A stretch of DNA of 64,000 nt from Aplysia californica (Eukaryota): positions 1,319,190 through 1,383,189 of the forward strand of contig NW_004797325.1 in the NCBI RefSeq assembly GCF_000002075.1, read 5' to 3'. Below the pieces are notes generated by a model. That model was not told where the DNA came from. It ran no database searches and was given only the letters and a program-made list of their open reading frames with translations. The number at the start of each line of letters is the position of its first letter. Positions within the stretch are counted from its first letter, which is position 1. The position numbers and the translations under genes were made by a program. Below, one piece after another: positions 50,941-64,000 of this stretch.

Positions 50941-51125
50941 CGTGGGTGGTTGGCGGGTGCTCTGGTGTGGTTTGCTTCTTCTTTCCTATCGAACATCTAT
51001 CGTCCTTATCTCCCTTCCTTCTTTTTTAAATGTTTGTTTCTCTCTTTTAACACCTCTAATCTTCTGGCGCTCATATGACTTTATGCACTTGCGAGTGCGG
51101 AAAAACCTCTACTAAAACAAACAAA
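50941..51125 (+). mobile_element. tRNA-less SINE-like element, full length with target-site duplication
   Basis: 12-bp duplication ACAGACACCCCC at 50929-50940 and 51126-51137; duplicate copy at 59584-59768. Confidence 0.88.
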
Positions 51126-52109
51126 ACAGACACCCCCTCCCTCCCTCCTTTCCTATGAAACCTCTAACCTAGATCTTTCTCTAGGGAGGACGGAGTCTGT
51201 CACTCCCCTCCCAAATCCCCAAGCACGCTGCTGCCCAATTGGAGGTAGCTAACACTAGCAGTCTGGCAAATCATTATTAATTATAATATTGCTATTTTTT
51301 TGAATTTTGACTGATTGACAGTAAAGAATTGATGCAAAGAAATGTTTGACAGAAAAAAAAGAGGATACCACACAAGAGCACCCGCTAATCACCCACTCCT
51401 ATCCTGTTGTGTTGGGTTGGCTGCAGTGTGCATTTTACATGTTGTTGTTAGTGTTAGTCACTTAGTGTCATTTCTACCGGAACTTTCATGACAGAAATAA
51501 ACCTTCTTACATCCTTTTTTGTTGAGTAGGTTTTGACTTTGATGAGATATAGCCTACTGTAGAAAACTGACCCCAAGTGGCTATGGCAGCTTGCTTTCAT
51601 TGACAGCCATTTGTTGCTATTGGTATACGTGAATGGTGTGAAATGCGTGTTGCTTGACATGACAAGTAATAAATGGCTGCCCTTTTTTTTTTGTCTGTGA
51701 TATAGGCCTACATACGTTTGCTGTGGTTTTTCACTCACCTTACTACAGGTACATGTACTCTATTAGTTGAGTGGCTCTCATTTTGGGGTGCACAGCTGAT
51801 GACTCAGGTTCAAAACACTAGCATGTCCAATTTAAAAAAAAAAAAAAGAGGTTCTGGGTTGAAAGGGGTATTACTAGTATCAGCCTTTTGCTCATCAAAC
51901 TACTTTGAAAAATCATGAAAGCTTTGACGACATTTTGATGTCTGGATGTTATGGGTGGGNNNNNNNNNNNNNNNNNNNNNNNNNNNNNNNNNNNNNNNNN
52001 NNNNNNNNNNNNNNNNNNNNNNNNNNNNNNNNNNNNNNNNNNNNNNNNNNNNNNNNNNNCTTTTTTCAAGCCGGTATTTTACATATTTTGTGTAAAAAGT
52101 GATGTTTAA

Positions 52110-54798
52110 CTCTTTGAATATGAATACGCGGGCCAGATCTCAGTGTGACGCAGCTCTGGTGGGCAGCACATTTTTTTTTTACATACATGTGATACAAATT
52201 TCAATATACTGAAGTTACTAAACGCTTTAGACATAATAAACTATATATCAAAATAGAGGAAATTGAATTAGAATGTATATTATATCTGTGTGGTTTGTGT
52301 TGATTTTTGTACACTGGGTGTGTTGAATTACACAGAAAGACAGAAAAAAAACTAAGAAAAAAAAATTCACACAAAATGTTTTTCTACTCACCAAATCAGG
52401 TATCATAATTCAATTGGTCAATATCCATGAAGATGAGCTGAAGCTGTTGGTAATCCACGTAGCAATAAACCAGGAAAGTTTCATCACAATAGCTCCTGTA
52501 GTTTTTGAAATATTCACATTTATCTACACGACAGTTACGCCACAATATCGAGAAAAAAACAACACAAAAAATGTCACACTGAAGATATTCACATCTTTAC
52601 ATACTATACACAATCCTGTTCTGTCTCATTGCCAAATTAAACATTGTGGTAGGCTTGGAAACAGTCCTTGGGGTGCAAATGGGGTGCACCACTGCATCCA
52701 AGGCAGACAAAGTGAGTTCTTTTTCTTGCTCCACCCTTAGAGCACACCGCACAGTCTCTGTCACGCTTCACGTAGGAGATGATGTGACGAGTACCTTGAA
52801 TGCGCTCCATTGGATTGTTCTCCGGTTGTCTGCCTGGAGCTCTAGCCTGGTCATTGTTGTCTTTGCCATCGTTGTTGTTGCCGACTGAGCATCAGTTTGA
52901 ACTTTTTCAACCCGATCTTCTTCTGCGCGTCTGTTCTTGTGAGGGTGTAGAGAATGAAGGCATTGACCTGAGTTATCTCCATCATCCAAAAGAACAGCTT
53001 CTTCCACCACTTCACTGATTTGCGGGAGAAGACGAGGTAATATGTGACCTTCTGGTCAAGAAGGTCACAGCCATTCATGTGACTGTTGTAGTCATGGATG
53101 ACCGTCGGCTTGTCAACATCTTTGACTTGTGTTGTATCCACCTGTGCGTCAGTGGAAACGAGAACAACTGGTTTTTTGGCTTTTTTGTCCCGAAAAGCCG
53201 CACACAGGACATCTGAATTCTCATGGAGAAACCAGCGCAGTTGTCGATGTTGCAGACTCAGGTTTTTCAGCTGAGGTGGAAAAGATTTTCTGTTCAGCAA
53301 AAGCGTGCTGGTGTAGTGGTGCTTTTTTTTGAGCAGATGGTCAACAAGAGCCCTCGTTGTGTAATAACGGTCAGCATAGATCTTGTGACCTCTGTCAACA
53401 CAGGTGAGGAGCGTGTCAAAGATCCTCACAGCTGCACCACTGTCTGCATCTGCTTCAGGGTCATATGACGTATTGGCCCCGAAATATGTCAGTATATTCA
53501 TCACATACCCAGTTGATGAATCACAAAGACCAAACGTCTTGATGTGATACTTGCTGGGTTTGCTTGCGTTGAACTGTTTGAATTGCCATCGACCCTTGAA
53601 ACCGATAACCATTTCGTCAATGGACAATTCTTGGAACGGATAAAAAGCCCCACGAAATTTGCCAAGAAGTAAATCCATGAACGGCTCGATCTTATCCTTC
53701 CCTTCCGCATCTTTATCACCAGCTTGCAGCATGGAATGATATATGTCCTGGAACCTCTGTCGGGGAAACATACTATGGTACCATGCTGTGTAGAACTCGG
53801 GTGACATGGACCAGTAGTCAGAGATGGCGGGACGGCGATCTAAACCTATCAGGATTAGCGCTGCCATAAATTTGTCGAACTCCTCGACAGTTATTTTCTT
53901 TCAAAGGCAAAAAAACGACCTTGGACTGAAGTTGCCACTTTTCTCTGCTATTCTCTTTTTAGCATAGTCATTGATGAAAGTCACAATCACTTGTTTTACC
54001 TCACTGTCTAACAGAAGAGACAGACAGTCCAGGGCACTTGAATTCTCATCCAAGCCAGATTCTGGCAACACACCTGGAACCTTTATCGGAAGAAAACGTA
54101 TGGTGTTTGCTGTTCCTCCATGCTCAATATGACTCCACCCACCATTGTCCCTAGCAGTAGCAGGAGGATCAGAAAGAGTAGATCTAGCATTAGTTGCAGA
54201 AGACTGAGTAGACCTAGATCTAGGCCTAGTACTAGACTTGCCCTTTCCTTTCCCTTTGCACTGTCTCTTTGGAGCTGGTTCCACCTCACAGTCACTTGCT
54301 GATCTGCCCTCATCAGCACCACGATCTAGATCTAACATTGATTGCTCTTCTTCATCACTACTCAGATTCAAATCACAATGACTGACACTGGTTTCACTCG
54401 AGTCCGAGTCGTCTGCAATCCATCTCTGGATAAGGTTTCTAGCTTGATCGGCCGAAAATCGGCCTCTAGAAGTACTAGGTTATAATGAGTCTGGATTCAT
54501 CTTAAATCACTGCACTGCTTGTTTTTGATGACAACAAGGTAAACAAACTCTAGTGTGAAGTCGGTGAAGAATACTGCTTTGAATTTCGCAAAAAATGAAC
54601 AGATTTGACTGCAAATAGCGTCAAAAGGAAGTGGGAACTCTTCTTGAAGAAAATAGAAACAGATCTTATAGTTTTACTTAAAAAGCGGTATTGAGAAGTT
54701 GGGTTATACGAAACAACCCATCGTGGCGCACAGTGCGGGGAAAAAGTAGAAATTTTTGGTCGCCTTGGCGCAGGGTGCGGCGATACGTGAAGAAAGAG
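52110..54798 (-). mobile_element. piggyBac element B (copy 2)
   Basis: TTAA|CTCTTT...AAAGAG|TTAA. Confidence 0.88.
52637..54500 (-). pseudogene. piggyBac transposase pseudogene B, copy 2
   Basis: ORFs 53901-54371 and 52851-53867 are in the same frame, separated by TGA; also carries the codon-7 stop and C-terminal frameshift. Confidence 0.86.
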
Positions 54799-55215
54799 TT
54801 AAACATTTTGACAGTATTTTTAAAAGCTTTCTATTTAAACGCCAAAGGCCAAATATATACCACAAGAAAGCCCGTTTAAAGCTCTACAGTTCTCTGCCAA
54901 TGAAAAGACGGTATTTAATCATCCCTCGTTCTGCGAAGCATTTGAATGCACGCATGTCAATTTTTTTAACCGGCCGACCACGCATTCCGACCGCAAGGGG
55001 CTTCGCTTTCGTCTGCGATTCTCCAGCTCCTTATAATCGAACATATAAACAACTTACACCATTGTAACGAGGAAAAGCAGAACTTTTACAAGGTGTACGG
55101 CATTTAGTGTTTTATAGCGAAAGAGCAAAGAAACAGTGATCGGAATTACCCCGATTTCACCGATACCACGCGGTCGGAAGGCCGTGAGTGCCCGCAAGGC
55201 CATGTTTACACTACC

Positions 55216-56408
55216 TATATATAGAGCTCTGACATTATCTAACATTTGTCCTCTGACGCCATACTTTTTGAGTGTCTTCCAGAGTTTTGCATGGTTTACT
55301 CTGTCAAAATCCTCCTCCTGGTCTATAAAGACGATGTTGGATTCTTTGTTGTGTTCGATTGTTTTCTCGCGTATCTGTCTTAATGCGAACACAGCATCCT
55401 CTTCCCTTTCGGAATCCAAACTGAGCTTTGCTCAGATTTCTCTCCACAATAGGTCTTATGCGCTGCTCTAGTATCTTTGCATATATTTTTCCTGAGTGGC
55501 TTAACAGTGAGATGCCTCTATATGTTGTGCAGTCGCGTTTGTTGCCCTTTTCTTCCATAAAGGTACCACTATGGCTTTCTGCCAGTCTTCTGGGCATTTT
55601 CTTTGCTCCCAGGCTCTGTTGAAAATTCGCCTCAGCCACATTATACCGGTGTTTCCGCAAGCTCTTATGGCTTCCGCTGTGATGTCATCTTGTCCTGGGG
55701 CTTTGCTCTTGGGACTGGTCTTGAGTGCCTTTTCTATTTCACTGGGAAGTATTGGTGGTTCTGTTTGATCTCCATATGATGGTTGAAACTCTTGTTGTCC
55801 GTGGCAAGCGTCTGGGTTGAGTAGTTCTTGGAAGTAATTTTCCCATCTTTTCTTAATTGCATGTTTGCCAAGAATGGCATTTCGCTCTTTGTCGTTTATA
55901 ATGCATGTCGGGTTGCATGCTCTTCACACTTTTATAAAATTCTCTTGGACTTTCCTTGCAGGTTTTGGTCAGTTTCTCGCCATATATTTTTCATGCATTA
56001 TCTTTAGCAGTTTTGATGATTTTTTTGGTCTCTCTTCTCACTTTCCTGTATTCAATATAGTCTTCTTCGGTCTTTGACTTCTGTCATTTCTTGAATTTCT
56101 TCTTTTTCATTTTAATTGCTTCTTTGGTTTCGTCATTCCACCAGCATGTTGTTCTGCCTTTGTTTCCACCTATTCGTTTGGTGCCACAACTGTTTTTCAG
56201 TATTTCTGACAGGGATTTTTTAAATATTTGCCATTTGTCTTCTATGTCCTTGATCTCAAGAGACTGTTTATAGTAATCCTTGGTAAAGTCATCCTCGACT
56301 GCTTTCTTGATGTCTGGTTCTTCCAATTTTCTCAGGTTAGTCATGGTTTTTTCCCCCTGTTCTTCTTCGTTTGCTTTACATTTTGGTTGTGAGAGTTCGT
56401 CAGTCAAA
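55216..56408 (-). mobile_element. RTE-like LINE fragment (duplicate copy)
   Basis: Duplicate of 46573-47765. Confidence 0.85.
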
Positions 56409-56962
56409 TACAGGGGGAAAAATCATATGTGAGACAGCGTGGTGGAATCAGGCTCTCGTCAATTTTTGGGCATGTAAAGTTATTGGTATCATCTTAAAGC
56501 TTGTTCACTTGTCTTTATTTGGATGCAAAAAATATCCGTTTATCTTGAATACAAGTCGAGATATTTGCAAAAGAAGGAGGTGGGGGTCACATGTTTTCAG
56601 AGGTAAAATTAGTGAGAAAATGGCTGCCAAAGATTAGTTATTTCCTTCGCTTAAGAGTCCGTGGTAACTGAAGATTTACATTTTTTTATGCCTTTAATCA
56701 AAGCTTTTCAGAAAAATCCACACAGAAATAAGTTCTTTAATGGGCATGAAAGGTGTTGTGCCAAAAAACAAAAATTTGATAAAAATTTACAAACCTGCGG
56801 AAAAATGCAAGTTTCTTCACTTTGATTATTTTGACGAGAGCCTGATTTCACCACGCTGCCTCACATATACACCACACCACTGGATAAGAACAATAAAAAA
56901 TTTTACACTATGTACAGTTCATTTCAAAGGTTCACAAACACTTTCACATTCTTTCATTGACG

Positions 56963-58643
56963 AGTGAAACTGCCAAAGACAATTGTGTGTAGAAATGGCT
57001 GGCTGTCACACCCATTACAAAAGAATGAAGTCCTCCCCCACTTTTCGCGTGGGCTGCACACTCTGCATTTGCGGGTCACATTTTGACTTCACAATGACAT
57101 GCGAACTGTTGCAGACCCTGTTCAAGGGGTTTTCTGGCCTGACCTCTGTTCTCATTGTTCACTTGTATCTCAGCCAGATGTTTTGTCGCAAAGTTGCTCA
57201 GCTCATCAATGAGCCTCCTTTTGAACTCGAGCAATGGAAGCTCCTTGGCACCTTCAGGCTGTGATTTTGTTAAAAGGATGAATGCATTAATGATCTGTGT
57301 GATCTCAAAGATCCACAGAAAAATTTTGTTCCATCGCTTTCTTGTTCTTCTATTGAAGGTGTTATAGGTCTGACCCATCTGGTCCAATTTGTTGCAGCCA
57401 TTCATGTTTTTATTGTAATCTTGATACCAGCTTGTCCACTCCTTTCACCTCTGCTGCACATACTTTTGCCTCGCTAGATACCGAGACACGCGGTTTCTTT
57501 GCCTTTTTGTCCTGAAATATTACACACAAGTACTTCGTATCCTGCATGTACGATCGCATTTCTCTGAAAGTCAGCCTGTTTGTTTTCAGCTCAGGCGGGA
57601 AGTCGCGGCGTAAAACTCTTACTAAAACAAACAAACAGACTGACTTTAAAAAATAAAGTAAAAAACTACACCTCCAGTCTGTGGAAGACTCATTGGAAAA
57701 AAACGGAAAACAATAAATTACACAACAAGCCCAAACTGGGTCCGCGAAAACCTTCGGGCCTCTCCCGAAGAGACGAAGTCATTTTTACTCGATTGCGCAT
57801 CGGACACACATCGCTGACACACCGATAACTCCTTCAGGGAGAAAAGAAGCCATTTTGGGTCGGATGAGAAACAGATTTTACCATGAGACACATTTCAACA
57901 GAATGTCTAGACTTCGGAGAGACCCGAAGGAAATATTTTAGATGAAAAAGAATGCAAGACCTGTTTTCCGTTGTTGATTCCTACTGAATCCTTGATTTTA
58001 TAAAGGCCATTGGCCTTTATGGGAAAATTATAAATAAGTATATTTTGATTTTAAAGCCGATTACCATTTTTAGATTGTTTTTTACCTCAAATTTTAACTA
58101 TTTAAAATCTGATCGTTGACTCGAGCCAAGCCGTGCAGTGAGCTGTAATGAGTGAGATCAACTTGTGTTTCGCACGCTCATATAACCTTATGCAGTTGCA
58201 AGTGCAGTAAAACTCTTACTTAAACAAAACAAACAAAAACTATTCATCATAGCCCCTTCAAACACTTGTCTCCAGTTATTCCCTCTTGCGTCTCTTCCAT
58301 CACCAGTACTAGTACTAGGCCTAAAGGGAGATCTTTATCTCTCTCTTCTCTCAGTAGTCTCAGCACCTACTTTTCTTTTACCAAGCCCCTTCCCTTTACT
58401 TGGTGATGGAAACGCCCTTCTACTTGAGTGACAAGTTGAACTTGACAGACACGGTTCGTCAAGAGCTGACTCACTTGAAGACTCATCTCTGCCAATGGCA
58501 TCGTTCCCATCCAAGTCACAATCAATACAATTAGGTTCGGATTCACCCTCACGCAATGTTTGAAACAAATTTACGACAGCTTTTACTGAAAGCTTTTTCC
58601 TTCTAACTTTGCGGAGCAGTTTTTACCATCCTTTCGCTGACAT
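56963..58643 (-). pseudogene. piggyBac transposase pseudogene C with embedded Nimb/I fragment (duplicate copy)
   Basis: Duplicate of 48320-50000. Confidence 0.78.
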
Positions 58644-60797
58644 TGAGAGTGTTAATGTTAAGAAACATAATCCCACAAGCAGATTTATTTCATGCCCCAG
58701 GTGGCAACATGCGTGTGTTTGTTCCTTGTTTACTCCTTATTTGTCCATCGTCGTCTGACTTGCTGGGGACAGATTTCACGTGCAGTTACCCATCGTCTTT
58801 GCTTGTGCGGATCACCTTAATCTGAGAAAGCTGTAAAAACCCTGCTGTGAATGGTGCTAAGAAATCTGAATACCAAAGATCTTTTTTTTTTTACATACAA
58901 TTCCTTCTCAAGGAGGTTTTTAAGTACAATAATCATTATTATTGTGCATGTTTTTGTGGGTTGGCATCGGCATCTGTTTCGACGAAAAGTAATCCTTCCA
59001 CAAAGGAAAAACATTGATTAAAGGCACAAAAAATGTAAATCTTCATGTCCCAAGGACTCTCAAGCTATAACATTAACAAAACTTTGGCAGCCATTTTCTC
59101 GATAATTTTACTTCAGAAACCAGGTGAGCCTGCCTTTTTCCATCGCAGAAATCTCCACTTTTATTCAAGATCGATAGGTATTTTGATTTTAATTTTTTTT
59201 CATCGAATGCAAGACAAGTGAACAAGCTTTAAGATGATACACAATGTACCATTAACTCCACATGCCCAAAATTTGACAAGCGCCTGATTTCATTGCGTCG
59301 TGACACACATGTAATTATTATATATATTTTTATTTTTTTTAAGGAGAATTTGACAAGACCATTCACCGAGTACATATATCTTGATGTAGATCCAAATCAT
59401 GCCAAAAAAAAAATTGGGGTTCTGGGAGAGGATGCGTTCATCCCTCCTTCATCCTTTCTTCTTGCCTCTACCCTATCTTCTATCTTTTTTTCTTCCTCCT
59501 TATGTCCCACCCCTTTCATGGAGTATGAGCTTCCCCCTCCCTTCACTCCACCATCACACACCACACCTTCCACAGACACCCCCCGTGGGTGGTTGGCGGG
59601 TGCTCTGGTGTGGTTTGCTTCTTCTTTCCTATCGAACATCTATCGTCCTTATCTCCCTTCCTTCTTTTTTAAATGTTTGTTTCTCTCTTTTAACACCTCT
59701 AATCTTCTGGCGCTCATATGACTTTATGCACTTGCGAGTGCGGAAAAACCTCTACTAAAACAAACAAAACAGACACCCCCTCCCTCCCTCCTTTCCTATG
59801 AAACCTCTAACCTAGATCTTTCTCTAGGGAGGACGGAGTCTGTCACTCCCCTCCCAAATCCCCAAGCACGCTGCTGCCCAATTGGAGGTAGCTAACACTA
59901 GCAGTCTGGCAAATCATTATTAATTATAATATTGCTATTTTTTTGAATTTTGACTGATTGACAGTAAAGAATTGATGCAAAGAAATGTTTGACAGAAAAA
60001 AAAGAGGATACCACACAAGAGCACCCGCTAATCACCCACTCCTATCCTGTTGTGTTGGGTTGGCTGCAGTGTGCATTTTACATGTTGTTGTTAGTGTTAG
60101 TCACTTAGTGTCATTTCTACCGGAACTTTCATGACAGAAATAAACCTTCTTACATCCTTTTTTGTTGAGTAGGTTTTGACTTTGATGAGATATAGCCTAC
60201 TGTAGAAAACTGACCCCAAGTGGCTATGGCAGCTTGCTTTCATTGACAGCCATTTGTTGCTATTGGTATACGTGAATGGTGTGAAATGCGTGTTGCTTGA
60301 CATGACAAGTAATAAATGGCTGCCCTTTTTTTTTTGTCTGTGATATAGGCCTACATACGTTTGCTGTGGTTTTTCACTCACCTTACTACAGGTACATGTA
60401 CTCTATTAGTTGAGTGGCTCTCATTTTGGGGTGCACAGCTGATGACTCAGGTTCAAAACACTAGCATGTCCAATTTAAAAAAAAAAAAAGAGGTTCTGGG
60501 TTGAAAGGGGTATTACTAGTATCAGCCTTTTGCTCATCAAACTACTTTGAAAAATCATGAAAGCTTTGACGACATTTTGATGTCTGGATGTTATGGGTGG
60601 GGGGGGGAGGGGGGGGGGGTTATGGCCAAACTCCTTTTTCTCACTCCATGTCTCTGTAGCCATAGCAGTTTTCATGCAATTTTTCTCTATGTGGGCTCAG
60701 GCAGCCATGTTGAATGTTGAACACACTACAGTCATTATTTCTGTCCATTTCATCTCGCTGTTTATGAGTATTGTGAAATTCAGTTGAAACTGTTTAA

Positions 60798-61042
60798 CCC
60801 TATCCGTACGTCGTGTTTAACTATCGTATCCATACGGCGTGGGGAACTCTGTGCCACCACTTTCCAAAGAGGAAATTTACTCGTTAATCCGATCCTACGC
60901 TTTGCATAGCAGTAGCAGTCTGTCAAAATGAGTTTTTGAGAAATACTGAAAGTTTCAAAGAGATCTTCGTTCTAGAAGCATTCTAAAATTTGAAAAAAAA
61001 CAAGCCCAGGGGTACAAAATGACCCAGGGCATAGGGATAGGG
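60798..61042. mobile_element. piggyBac-type MITE (245 bp)
   Basis: TTAA|CCCTATCC...GGATAGGG|TTAA. Confidence 0.85.
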
Positions 61043-61046
61043 TTAA

Positions 61047-61611
61047 CTCACTCAATCCCTCGAGTTTTTCCCGAAAATGTATCCAGAAATTGGTCATTTT
61101 GGCACTTTGATTAAGTAAGGACCCACTAGTAACCATAACATATCCTTCAGTTGCTTTGAAATTTGACACAAAGTACAACCTAAGATGGAACTTTAGACTT
61201 CCTAAATTTGAAGTATGCAGCTTTAGTAGTTTTGCTTTGGGGTGTTGTACGAATTTGGCATTTTGGGGGGATTTCCTTTTTTTTCATGGTGGAATGAGCA
61301 AGAACATGCCTATAATGATTGATATTCAGATATATGCTTGTGAGTATCTAGATCTATATTATGTATGTCATGTATAATTAAGACTGCTGAATACTTTCAT
61401 GGATTTAAACAAATGTATGTGAGAGAAAGACAGAGGGATTCGATTGCGGCACATGCTCTGCTGATCAGTGTCATTATATTATACTTGAGGCCGTTTTCCT
61501 AAACGAAATAACTAGTATATGGAGCAAAACTATAGAACCAAGTTATCTCGGTCGTGGGATTGAACGCAGCTGGTGAACTGACAAGAGATCTTGGTTACAG
61601 GATTGAGTGAG
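61047..61611. mobile_element. piggyBac-type MITE (565 bp)
   Basis: TTAA|CTCACTCAATCC...GGATTGAGTGAG|TTAA; perfect 12-bp TIR. Confidence 0.88.
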
Positions 61612-64000
61612 TTAAGACTGCCGTCCCTTGTTGAGGAGAAAAGGTGACTGTCTGACAATGTCATTATTTTGTTGTTGTTTTTTTTAAATAATAAATCAAA
61701 TAAATAAATGGGGGGGAAATGGGAAGTGGCCGTTTGTACAGATGATTGTCTTACACGCAGATGGCCATCAGAGCATTCTATTCGACTGTATCATGTTGAT
61801 GATCACTGTTGTCTGTCCTCTCAAGTCTCTAGACTTTTGTTCATGCAGGTTCAGACCCAACAGGAAGTGTACAAATTTTGTACAAAGAGCGGATGAGTTA
61901 GGCATGTTGCGCTGTTGCTTTCTCTGTCACTTTCTCCTTTGTTCGTCCCTGCTCTTTTTGCCCAAATCTACCTCCTCACACTCACACATGAGAAGTGCCA
62001 ACAGTACCACTGAATTGAATTTTGCACAGTTTTGCTTTTGTTTGTCCCCTTTTATTCTATGCCATTTGTTATGTGAATATCATTCTATTTCTATGTTATT
62101 TTATTGTTAATGAATATTACAAAAACCTGTGTCATGTCCATGAATTTAACTGTTCTCACAGACACACCATTTCGCAGGTGGTTGGAGGGTGCACCTGGTA
62201 GGTTCTACTTCTTTACTCCCCCCCCCCTCCTCTGTTGTTCACAAAATGGCCATTATTGTGTCGATGTGCTTCTCTTCACTCAAACAAACAGACTCCATTT
62301 CATGTTCAAAATCTAATAAACAAGATCTAGTCAACTGGCTAAGCTGTGCAAATATATGGAAATCCTAAATTCCATTAATCTTTTTTAAAAATATTTTTTT
62401 ATTCTCACAGTCCATATATATATATATATCTAATATAAAATATCTTTGCTATTTTTCAACCTGTTCTGCTCCTCATTCACAGCACTACTGCTTTGCCAAC
62501 AGTATGTCAGCAAATGTCAACAAATGTAGAAAACAAAGTAAGAAATTGAACGAAATAGCCTTGTAATTGTCAAGATTTATTTTTATTATAAAAATTTCAG
62601 CATTTCCCTCATGAACAAAAGTGAAGCTTCCCAACAAAAACATAATGGACTTGTACATGATATTTGAAGACCACAATAGAAAAATTAAGGGACACTTTCA
62701 GGTTTTGGGAAAATCAACTTATATATGTACATTGTAGCCTTTGTAGTTGCAAGTGCCGTAAAACTTTTGCCAAAAGAAAGAAAATCGACTTTAGTTTGTG
62801 AGTTGGATTCTTTTTCTAATGTGGTCTTCATTTCAATGGCCAGATGCACAACTCTGATAAACGCCATTGTGTTCTTTGACGTTTGTCATAGTCTTACTCC
62901 CAAACATCAAGTTATTCTTGCATCTGGTTAAGCAAAATATCTGTCATTTTATGTCATTTTATGCGCACATGGTAGATTTACATGCATGAAGCAGGAAGGG
63001 TGCTAAACGTACAATCAAAAGTGAACAATTAATCAGATATGATATTATGATAACACAGAGATGTGATAATATTCTGTTTGGTGTGTTTGCTGTCATGTGA
63101 TTACGTGTATTCCTGTTCATTGTTTGGGGGGGGTTTTTTTAGTTGTTAGGTGTACTTGATGGGTGTGTGTGGTTAATTGACTGGTCGAAAGTGAAATGTT
63201 TGCTGTATTTATTGTTTGTTAATAACTTGTGAATAGATTGTCTACATATTGTTGAATACATTAATTACTAATGCATGTATAAATCAGTGCTTGTTGGATG
63301 GCTTTGTTTAAAAGGAAGATTTTAAGTGCCCGTATTTAATATTTATACTTTTGCAATAAAATGTTTTGTACACTGATGCTTTATTGTTGGACTTGATTGC
63401 ATTGTTTTTTTCTTTTGACTCTGTGAAGTGTCTGTGATTTGGAAGTAGGGCCTATATTCATGACGCAAATTCAGAATGTTAAGCTTTTTTTTTTCATATT
63501 TTTTCATGAACTGGATTGCTGTCGTGGTTAGAACGTTACATAACCACAGATTACAAACTTGTCTCATACCCTAAAGTTTGGCAGGTTCTATCATTTGTTT
63601 GTATGTCCTTTTTTTTTTTTTCCTACACTATATTAACATCATAGTATGCTTCTATTTACTAAAACAAACTGAAGTTTGGGATTGTAATCAGATATTAGAT
63701 ACTTTATTGTACTTATGCTTTCTCATGATCATATCCACATGGTTGGCAGGTGCCCCAGTGCGGTTTGTTCCTTCTTTCCTATCAAACTTCTGTCATCCTG
63801 AGCTTTCCTCCTTCTTTTTGTCAGGTAACACCTCATATCTTCGGCACTTAAGTGGCCTAGATCTATTTGTGTTACAAGTACAAGTATGATAAAACTCTAA
63901 CAAAAAAAAAAAGAAGGTTAAAACACTGTTTTAATGAAGAAACAAGTTACGTGCAGTCAAAATGGGCTACACTCTGTCTTCAGTCATAACAGGTCATTAA

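Larger units (their letters stand above)
52060..60602 (+). repeat. Near-identical direct duplicate of 43421-51959, probably an assembly artefact
   Basis: Offset of about 8640; begins right after the 100-N gap; ORF track is duplicated. Confidence 0.9.

Noticed and set aside
61620-64000. Possible 3'UTR or further gene (AATAAA near 63355)
   Set aside because: No coding exons recognised; cannot be assigned without transcript data
1-64000. CRISPR arrays, operons, rRNA or tRNA genes
   Set aside because: Intron-rich eukaryotic DNA; no such features seen

Overview
Eukaryotic, AT-rich animal DNA. A lophotrochozoan such as a gastropod mollusc is plausible from the repeat content, but this is inference only. 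There are two assembly gaps (3333-3475 and 51960-52059). The one intact protein-coding gene is a + strand TNNI3K orthologue (ankyrin repeats plus a TKL/MAP3K-type kinase). I reconstructed it by hand as 21 coding exons from 8775 to 37755; all introns are GT-AG with matching phases, and the CDS is 2559 nt (852 aa). Its introns hold piggyBac-type MITEs, a decayed Tc1, RTE-type LINE fragments and a tRNA-less SINE-like family with a Nimb/I-type tail. Just 3' of the gene is a ~12 kb nested transposon cluster. It contains three different dead piggyBac transposases (one with a spliceosomal intron), LINE fragments and MITEs, and it splits a single MITE in two. Positions 43421-51959 are repeated almost exactly at 52060-60602 across a 100-N gap, most likely an assembly artefact. 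I found no clear-cut new multi-gene system. The best leads are the intron-containing piggyBac transposase, the chained uORFs at the TNNI3K start, the nested insertion history and the tRNA-less SINE/LINE pair.
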